Source: an uncultured archaeon
GTDB taxonomy: Archaea > Asgardarchaeota > Thorarchaeia > Thorarchaeales > Thorarchaeaceae
DNA length: 32,000 nt
Direction of reading: 5' to 3'
Assembly (NCBI GenBank): GCA_964354495.1
Contig: CAYHAA010000001.1
Span: 517,049-549,048, forward strand
This document shows, one piece after another, positions 1 to 6,907 of the stretch. Both the position numbers and the translations under genes were made by a program. How positions within the stretch are numbered: the stretch's first letter is position 1; each line of letters opens with the position of its first letter. Under the pieces are notes generated by a model. That model did not search any database and had not been told where the DNA came from. It saw only the letters and a list, made by a program, of their open reading frames with translations.

Positions 1-783
1 CGGGGAAGCATCATCTGTGCCACTCACAATTCAGCAAAATCCTACCTTGACCAGACTGGAGTCGGAGTCCTTTCTGACCAATGGCGTCCACTGATTGACA
101 GCCTATTGATGACACCTGTTGACACTTCTCTCTCTGTCGTGATAAAGGCTGATGACCGAGACTCGTCGGTGGACATGATGACCATTGGCGTAAGTGTCGT
201 AGACGGTTCATATGAGGTGCTCCAATCCTCGATCGTGAATGGAAATGTATCTATCGAACTAGTCATAGAGTCCGATACTCTCGTGACACCGTACATCAAC
301 AGCCTCCTCTTCAATCTAACATCCGAATCAGAATCACTCTTCTCACCACTAGTCATGCTCTCAGGGTCGGCTGGCGGATTCATGAGAATCACGAGCGCAT
401 CATTGGATACCTCAATAGTCCGTGTCGGCCTTCTCCATAATGAGCAGATATCCGGTCAATTCACGCTAGAAGGATTTGCGCTCGCAACTGATGTCTTGAT
501 AGGCTTCCGTTATTCCTCTGGTCTGTGGTTTAATTTCACGCTTCCAGGTATCGAGGGTCTCTATGAGTTTCTCATTACTCCCGCAGGGTTTCCTGCAGGT
601 AATTATGATGTCTATGCTATCGCCAGAGGTGCTGCAGCGTATACGACCGAGCTGAACTTCGCTACACTGTCGATCATTGAGGATAATACAGCAATCATTA
701 TGGGAATCGGACTGGTGGTTATTGCCATTGCAGTTATCTTGGTCATGAGAAAAATGAGAGATAGAAGAGGTTTTGAATCATGA
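1..783 (+). CDS. C-terminal fragment of a membrane-anchored surface/secreted protein (5'-truncated by the window edge)
   Basis: Frame 1 has no stop from base 1 to TGA 781-783, so the ORF extends upstream of the listed TTG at 106. It is beta-rich and ends in a hydrophobic helix (AIIMGIGLVVIAIAVILVM) followed by a basic tail (RKMRDRR). Confidence 0.75.
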   Translation, partial: RGSIICATHNSAKSYLDQTGVGVLSDQWRPLIDSLLMTPVDTSLSVVIKADDRDSSVDMMTIGVSVVDGSYEVLQSSIVNGNVSIELVIESDTLVTPYINSLLFNLTSESESLFSPLVMLSGSAGGFMRITSASLDTSIVRVGLLHNEQISGQFTLEGFALATDVLIGFRYSSGLWFNFTLPGIEGLYEFLITPAGFPAGNYDVYAIARGAAAYTTELNFATLSIIEDNTAIIMGIGLVVIAIAVILVMRKMRDRRGFES

Positions 784-2060
784 GAGTAGTAATAGTTGGC
801 TACGGTCCTGGTGGAGCAGCTGCAGCAATTGCAGCAAGGATGTTCGATCCCGAAGCCGACGTAAGAATCCTGACTGAGGAGGTTATTGACGCCCACAAGA
901 AACCAGGTGCCTCGCTTGCTTTGGAGTTCCCAGATACAAAGGATCTATCAATCAACGACTGGTCCATAAGCTCACTTGAAAAGAAACGCATCGATGTTGT
1001 CACTGGTACGAGCGTCATTGGCGGAAATCCGAAGTCAAGAACGCTCAAGGCAAAGAACGAGCAGGGCAAATCGACAGTGAAGTATGATTGTCTCATCTTA
1101 GCCACTGGAGGCATTCCGAATGTCCCAGAGATACCAGGAACTAATCTGCTTGGCATATTCACGATTCAGAACATGGCTGACACAAGCGAGATTGGCAGAC
1201 AACTCTCACAAATGAACAAGGTTGTCATTGTCGGTGCTGGATTCAGTGGTCTTGAAGCTGCAGAGAGACTGATTGCTCTTGGCAAAGATGTGCACATGAT
1301 TGTCCGTTCACGTCTCATGAGAAGGCAACTGGAGGATTCGATGAGTGATGAACTCCAATCAAGGCTGCCCGAGAGCCTCAGGATGCACTTTGGTAATTCT
1401 CCAACAGCGGTTTGCGGCGACAAACGCGTTCAGGGTATTCTTCTTGGAGACGAACAGATTGATGCGGATGCTGTTCTTTTCATGACTGGCGTCAGACCCA
1501 ATACAGCTCTTGCTCAACAACTTGGTACCAATATTGGTAGTCTTGGCGGAATTCTCGTTGATGAGCAGATGCAGACCTCTGTCAAGGGCATCTTCGCTGT
1601 GGGGGATTGCGTAGAGATGAAGGACTCGTATACCGGATTCAATCTTCTTCTTCCGGTTGGCAGTGTCGCAGCGAGAGCGGGAAAACAAGCTGGCGTTGCG
1701 GCAGTGGGAGGCACCAAGATATACGGAGACACATCAATGCGACTTCAATACGACAGAATCTTTGGAAATGATGTTGTCTGTGTCGGTCATTCCTCGACTA
1801 GCGCTAAGGACTTGGGTGTCAAGACGAAAGTCCAGTATGTTGAGGATCCTAGTGAGTTTAGCAAGGCCGCGCTCGTTATCGGACCAAGGGGTCAACTGAT
1901 TGGCGGACAGGTGATAGCCCCTAGACAAGGTGCTCGGCTTGGATATGAGATTTTGGAACGTGTTGAAAGCAAAGCCAAACTCAAGACTCATCCGCTTCTT
2001 AAGCCGCGTCATGAACGGCTTCGCGATTTTCTTGAATCCACTTTCGGCCCTATTCAATAG
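780..2060 (+). CDS. FAD-dependent pyridine nucleotide-disulfide oxidoreductase family protein (CoADR/NADH oxidase fold, atypical)
   Basis: FAD motif VIVGYGPGG, ATGG motif, NAD(P) motif VVIVGAGFSGLE and the FAVGDC motif. ATGA overlap with the upstream gene. The usual redox Cys near residue 42 is absent. Confidence 0.88.
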   Translation: MRVVIVGYGPGGAAAAIAARMFDPEADVRILTEEVIDAHKKPGASLALEFPDTKDLSINDWSISSLEKKRIDVVTGTSVIGGNPKSRTLKAKNEQGKSTVKYDCLILATGGIPNVPEIPGTNLLGIFTIQNMADTSEIGRQLSQMNKVVIVGAGFSGLEAAERLIALGKDVHMIVRSRLMRRQLEDSMSDELQSRLPESLRMHFGNSPTAVCGDKRVQGILLGDEQIDADAVLFMTGVRPNTALAQQLGTNIGSLGGILVDEQMQTSVKGIFAVGDCVEMKDSYTGFNLLLPVGSVAARAGKQAGVAAVGGTKIYGDTSMRLQYDRIFGNDVVCVGHSSTSAKDLGVKTKVQYVEDPSEFSKAALVIGPRGQLIGGQVIAPRQGARLGYEILERVESKAKLKTHPLLKPRHERLRDFLESTFGPIQ

Positions 2061-4941
2061 ACGGTGGGGGTACCTCCCACTCATCCTGAGGTTCTTCCAC
2101 TTTGGGCTTGGGTTTTCTCCCGGAGCCGTATTTGAGCCATCCGACATATGTCAGCCCGATGCCCACCACACCAAGCAACGTGTAGACAACAGCCTGAATG
2201 AACACATCATCTGCTGCATTCACAGGCACAAGAATCGTCTTTTGGAATATCTTGATATTGCCCCCTGTATCAGATGCCTCCACTTGGATTGAGTAGAATC
2301 CTCCACTACTGAATGCAAATGTCGTTGAGAACTTGTAGCCTTGGTTCTCTGTTACTACGCCTGTGAGGTTTGTGTTTCCGGGTCCGATGATGTCAATCGA
2401 TACACTCTCTAGATCATCATCAAAGACATATGCAGTAATGTTCGCAGGTTCGCCGAACTCCCCCATGTTCATTTCAACATCATAGATTCTGGGGGCGTCA
2501 GGGAGAATTGCCTCGGCGAGGTTTCTGAGTAGTCCTAGGTTATCTGCTCCAAAACGAATTGCGTCGGCCAATATATCATCATAGAGCGTCGAACCATCCG
2601 AGATGACAAATACATGGCCGTTTCCATACTCTGCAGTGGCCACAATCGCATGATTCTTAGATGAGTCCGCCCAGAACAACCCCTTTGCATTTGAGATGCT
2701 TGGTTCAACGTGGAGTGTGCTTCCTTGGACAATGTAAAGACTCGTCACTCCCTCCATTAGTGAAACATTTTCTACTGCGCTTCCGAGATCAGCATCGTAT
2801 AGCAGTCCAGAGCCTCCGGGACCATCACCTATCCCGTTTTGTTCGCACTGTATGCCAAAGGGTTCAAGTATGAGGTTATAGGATTCTATTCCAAATGTCG
2901 CAATATGTGTTGTATCATTCCAGAACTCTGATAGTACTAAGAGAGTTCCACCATTTTCAACAAACCCATGCAATGCTGCAATCTCAGAATCAGAATATGC
3001 TGTTTCAGTATCCATGATCATGAAGACATCTGAGCTGGAGATTGTGCCAAGGTCAATGTAGCTCCTTATGAGATCACTAGGACTTCCGAATTCTGTGAGC
3101 AGCATGCCTCGCTCTCTTAGGTATTCAGTGAAGTACCCAAAGTAGGACGGGTCATCGATGTCTCCAGTCAGCCCAGTTGAGTGGTGCTCCATATCAACCA
3201 TCAGTCTCCCACCAAAGAGAGTAATTCTGAACTCAATATCGATTGTAGCGATTGTCGTGCTCTCCACACTCAAATTCAACGCTCCAGTGTAGAGCCCTGC
3301 ATTCGTAAGAGGCAGGTCATCAGGAATATTCAGGTAAATGCCGAAGTGCGAATAGCCAGAGATCACTGAGACCTGTCCGATATTCGTTTCCACATATTGG
3401 CTTGCATTTCCCGAAATCGTGATGCTGGCTGTTCCAGCTTGCACAGTGGAAATGACAGTGATATTCTGAGGTGGTCTGTCGTCTCCTACAATCAATACCT
3501 GTGAGCTCCAAGGGAGGGTAGGGAACCGTCTTGGCGTCATGATGGTTATGTCACGTGCAGAGTCATTCAGGGTCTGAGAAGCTCGAGTAACATTGACCAG
3601 ACCCCACCCCTGAAGCATTGGATCAAGGCCTAGGTCCGTGGATGACAACATCAGTGCTGTCTTTGCCTCTTCCGGAGTCAGCACAAGATGTTTCTGTGCC
3701 AACAGCGCAACAGCGCCTGCGACCATGGGAGCTGACGCTGATGTTCCTGACCAGACTGTGTAGTTGTCGCCGTATTGTGTGAAGTTGTAACTGAGATACT
3801 CACTAGCAATCGCATCCTCGCCCCTTCCCGAAACAACATAGTACCCAGGTGCGACGACATCTGGCTTAGCCATGTATCCTTTGGGTTGTGAAACAGTTCT
3901 CCAGACTGGACCTACACTACTGAATGCAATGACTCCCTCAGTTCCCGATGATGCTCCGACCGTAATGACCTCTTCTGTGATTCCTGGCGAGTTGATGGAG
4001 AACGCCTGTGGTCCTGAATTTCCAGCGGCGACTACTACAGAAATGCCCGCATCAACGGCGTTTCGACAGGCTACTACGGAAGGTTCGACAACGAAACTAC
4101 CGTCTGCCCATTCGCCACCTAGACTTAGGCTTATTACATCTGCGTCGCTATCAATAGCAAACTCGATGCCCTGTGCAATGACTGAGTCATCACCAGAACC
4201 CTCATTATCGAGAACCTTGATGGAAAGAATGCTCGCACCAGGAGCCATACCTGTGAGATTGCCACCGCTTGCTGTGCCATCCCCTGCCACATTCCACGTG
4301 CATGCAGTACCGTGACCATTGTCGTCGTAGGCATCGATGCCGTTGGCAGGTGTCATATCATCTTGTCCATTGATGAGGTCCTTGAATCCAATCAGCCGGT
4401 TCTCTAGATCTGGATGATTTCCGTCCACTCCGCTGTCCAACACAGCGACAACAATACCGCTTCCATTGAATCCCTGCTCCCACAAGCCATTGGTGTCCAT
4501 GATTTCAGTGAAGTGTACATACTCATTTCCATTTGCAGCCAGCACAAACCGCAGGTCTGCTGCTTGAGAGGTAATCTGTCTGTTCATGTCTAGTGTCAGC
4601 GCTATCATCTTGGAGACATGAGTAAGCTTGGTGATTTCATCGCTCCTCACATATAGCGAGACCATTGGCATGATATGGAATGCATGTCTTATCTGAATGC
4701 TGCTAGCCTTTGACATGAGAATTGAGGCAGTCATCTCTTCTGGAGTGCTTCCTTCAGGAAACAACGCGACAAGTGGCATTACATCATCTGATTGAGACCC
4801 TGCTAAGGCAGCAATCAAACTTGCGCTCATGAAGGTGTCCAGAGTTGAATCTGCGGCACTAGATTTCCATACAGACACTGGTGAGAACATCAATGTCAAG
4901 AGAATTAAGAGAACGATGGCGGGTCTACGAATCGCTGGCAT
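2050..4941 (-). CDS. Membrane-anchored S8 subtilase with a C-terminal GATase-like (DUF4350/IFT52-type) domain; site-1-protease-like architecture
   Basis: Signal peptide ([15 protein letters not shown]), prodomain, catalytic triad VAVLDSG / GHGT / [11 protein letters not shown], oxyanion AAGNSGP, an alpha/beta domain at about 2570-3210, a C-terminal TM helix and a short charged tail. The ORF could start at 4971 or 4959; 4941 is preferred because a GGAAGG RBS-like sequence lies about 9 nt upstream. Confidence 0.92.
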   Translation of the reverse strand: [963 protein letters not shown]

Positions 4942-5128
4942 TGCTGCGTGTCCTTCCATGTCGTCAGCCATCAGTACAAAGATAAGGCTTTTCTTCCATG
5001 CTAGTCAGCTTTGGCAAGCTGCTGCTTCGAAGCTCGGGAATGCCGAGAAGGAAGAACAAATCCTTTCAGGTCCACTTATCGATGAGGCTGCATTAGGACA
5101 TCACAATCAGAAATCGGAGCGCATGAGA

Positions 5129-5419
5129 ATGGCAACAAAAACATACACATACGAACGTCGACTTCAACTCAAGCATTTCTTTGACGACCGTGGATCGGGT
5201 CAGACGAGAAGAACGTGGCTTGAGATTCAGCTTGCCATGCCTGAGAAGACTACAGAAGGATGGATCAATGATGGAAAGGTCCGACTATCAATCGGTGAGG
5301 ACCGTGATGTAAAAGGTTCGTTCCTTCTGTCCGTTGATGAGGCAGTCAGATTGGTCAAGAGCCTCGATATGGCAATTGAAGATCACGAAGCTGAGAAAGT
5401 CAAACTTTGGAGAGAGTAG
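5129..5419 (+). CDS. Small hypothetical protein (96 aa), possibly PC4/Whirly-like beta-sheet plus helix fold
   Basis: ATG at 5129 with GGAG at 5116-5119. Amphipathic beta-strand pattern followed by the helix SVDEAVRLVKSLDMAIE. The longer ORF from 4829 overlaps the divergent protease and is unlikely. Confidence 0.75.
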   Translation: MATKTYTYERRLQLKHFFDDRGSGQTRRTWLEIQLAMPEKTTEGWINDGKVRLSIGEDRDVKGSFLLSVDEAVRLVKSLDMAIEDHEAEKVKLWRE

Positions 5420-5555
5420 TCACAGCTGAAGCCCTTGTATCTGGTTCTTAATGGGAAACAATCTCTTCTTCCCTCTTTGTGCTCTCACAGTTTTGCCAGA
5501 ATAGTTTTAACCTAGCATATGCCTATCCTATCGATATGAGTTGGGAGGCCCTCCA

Positions 5556-6647
5556 ATGACTGTTTCGGCTGTTGTATCAGGCTTTCAATCACTAGTTGCT
5601 CTTGGCACACCGATGGATGATATTCTCGCTATCGGTATTTTCGCGCTACCACTTGCTGCTCTAGGAATCATTCTTCTGATCTATCAGCGACACCTTCCAC
5701 AGAATGAGCTCAAACGCAATCTCATGGTGGTATCTGGTATCATCTGCCTAGCAGCAACTTCTCTGGGCGTCCTCTTTGCGGCTTCCAGTGGACTTCCCTG
5801 GGGGGGTTTTGGGTCTCGGGAAACATTCTCACGAGGGCTGCAACTGCTTGTAGATCTATTCTTCGGATCAGTTCTGTTTTCTCTCCTGTACCTTCTCGGA
5901 TGCGTGGTCTTCTTTGCACTTCTGGCTCACTTTATCATTGCGGCTCCAGAACCAGATCTGGTCAGTCTGAGAACAGAGATGAAGGCGGCCAAGGAAGAAG
6001 CCAAACTTAGCAAGGAAGCTCTTCAGCGACTTGAGGTGGACAACAAGCGACTCAATGAATTCCTCTCCGAGAAAGAGACATCACTAACATCTCTTGAGGG
6101 GGAGCTTGAAACAATTAAGGCAGAGATAAGCGAACGTGAAGGGTCGATATCTCTGATGGAAGAACAACTCAAAGCAAAAGCAGGGCCTTCAGGAATTGAA
6201 GGTTCGCTTCAGACTCAAATTCAGCAAAGGGATGCGACCATCGTCTCTCTCCAGTCCGAAATCGCAGACCTAGGCCTCAAGCTCGAGAGCACCAAGGTCA
6301 AGCTCCCACCCGCACGAGATGACCGCAAGTTGGCGGAGCTTGAGAAAAGCCTGCAGAATAGTCAAGCTAGATGGATTGACTTGACCCGTCGTGCTGAAAC
6401 TGCTTCGCAGGTTTCTGACAGTGTCATCTCTGACTTGGTCGAGCTGATTTCACAGGTCAAGGCCAGCAAGAAAGACGAGCCAACAAAACAGACACTGATC
6501 ACGCTCATCGAGGGTCTTGGAAGGTCCATGACTAGAGTTTCCCGAGAAGTCGGAGATGTTCGGACTGACGAACCGAAGATTGAGCTGATTGGTGCCATTA
6601 TTACGACCAACGAAATAGTAGATGCTGTCAAGAAAGTGATTCGTTAG
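5556..6647 (+). CDS. Three-TM membrane protein with a long coiled coil
   Basis: GGAGG RBS at 5544-5548 before ATG 5556. Three hydrophobic segments lie in the first ~125 aa, followed by ~170 aa of E/K/L-rich heptad-like sequence and a helical C-terminus. Confidence 0.85.
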   Translation: MTVSAVVSGFQSLVALGTPMDDILAIGIFALPLAALGIILLIYQRHLPQNELKRNLMVVSGIICLAATSLGVLFAASSGLPWGGFGSRETFSRGLQLLVDLFFGSVLFSLLYLLGCVVFFALLAHFIIAAPEPDLVSLRTEMKAAKEEAKLSKEALQRLEVDNKRLNEFLSEKETSLTSLEGELETIKAEISEREGSISLMEEQLKAKAGPSGIEGSLQTQIQQRDATIVSLQSEIADLGLKLESTKVKLPPARDDRKLAELEKSLQNSQARWIDLTRRAETASQVSDSVISDLVELISQVKASKKDEPTKQTLITLIEGLGRSMTRVSREVGDVRTDEPKIELIGAIITTNEIVDAVKKVIR

Positions 6648-6789
6648 TAGATTAAGGTGGCGTACCACTCGCTGTGTTCAAGAATCCTTAGGCACTCTCG
6701 CTAGTACAATTCTTGCACAATGCTTAATAGCACGCTAATCGCTGGTCGAAGCTAATCACACTACCCGTGGAGAACGCTGAAGAGGAGAT

Positions 6790-6825
6790 AGCTAGTCCTA
6801 CTGTGACTAGCTTGGAAGTTTTTTT
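6790..6825 (+). terminator. Hairpin plus T-tract (putative terminator or attenuator)
   Basis: AGCTAGTC-ctactgt-GACTAGCT perfect 8-bp stem, followed by T7 at 6819-6825. Confidence 0.4.
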
Positions 6826-6907
6826 GCGTACAGAGGATGCCATCTTTTTTTGATGGTATGTCTCTGTTCGCGTTGTTCTCTACTAATGCGTGAGGAGAAA
6901 ACGAAAC

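Noticed and set aside
3872-4315. 147-aa plus-strand ORF, and similar long shadow ORFs (7724..8377, 14955..15545, 12787..13173, 19858..20259)
   Set aside because: They lie wholly antisense to well-supported genes and have no recognisable motifs.
4829-5128. N-terminal extension of the 196-aa ORF 4829..5419
   Set aside because: It overlaps the start of the divergent protease antisense. A better RBS and start exist at 5129.
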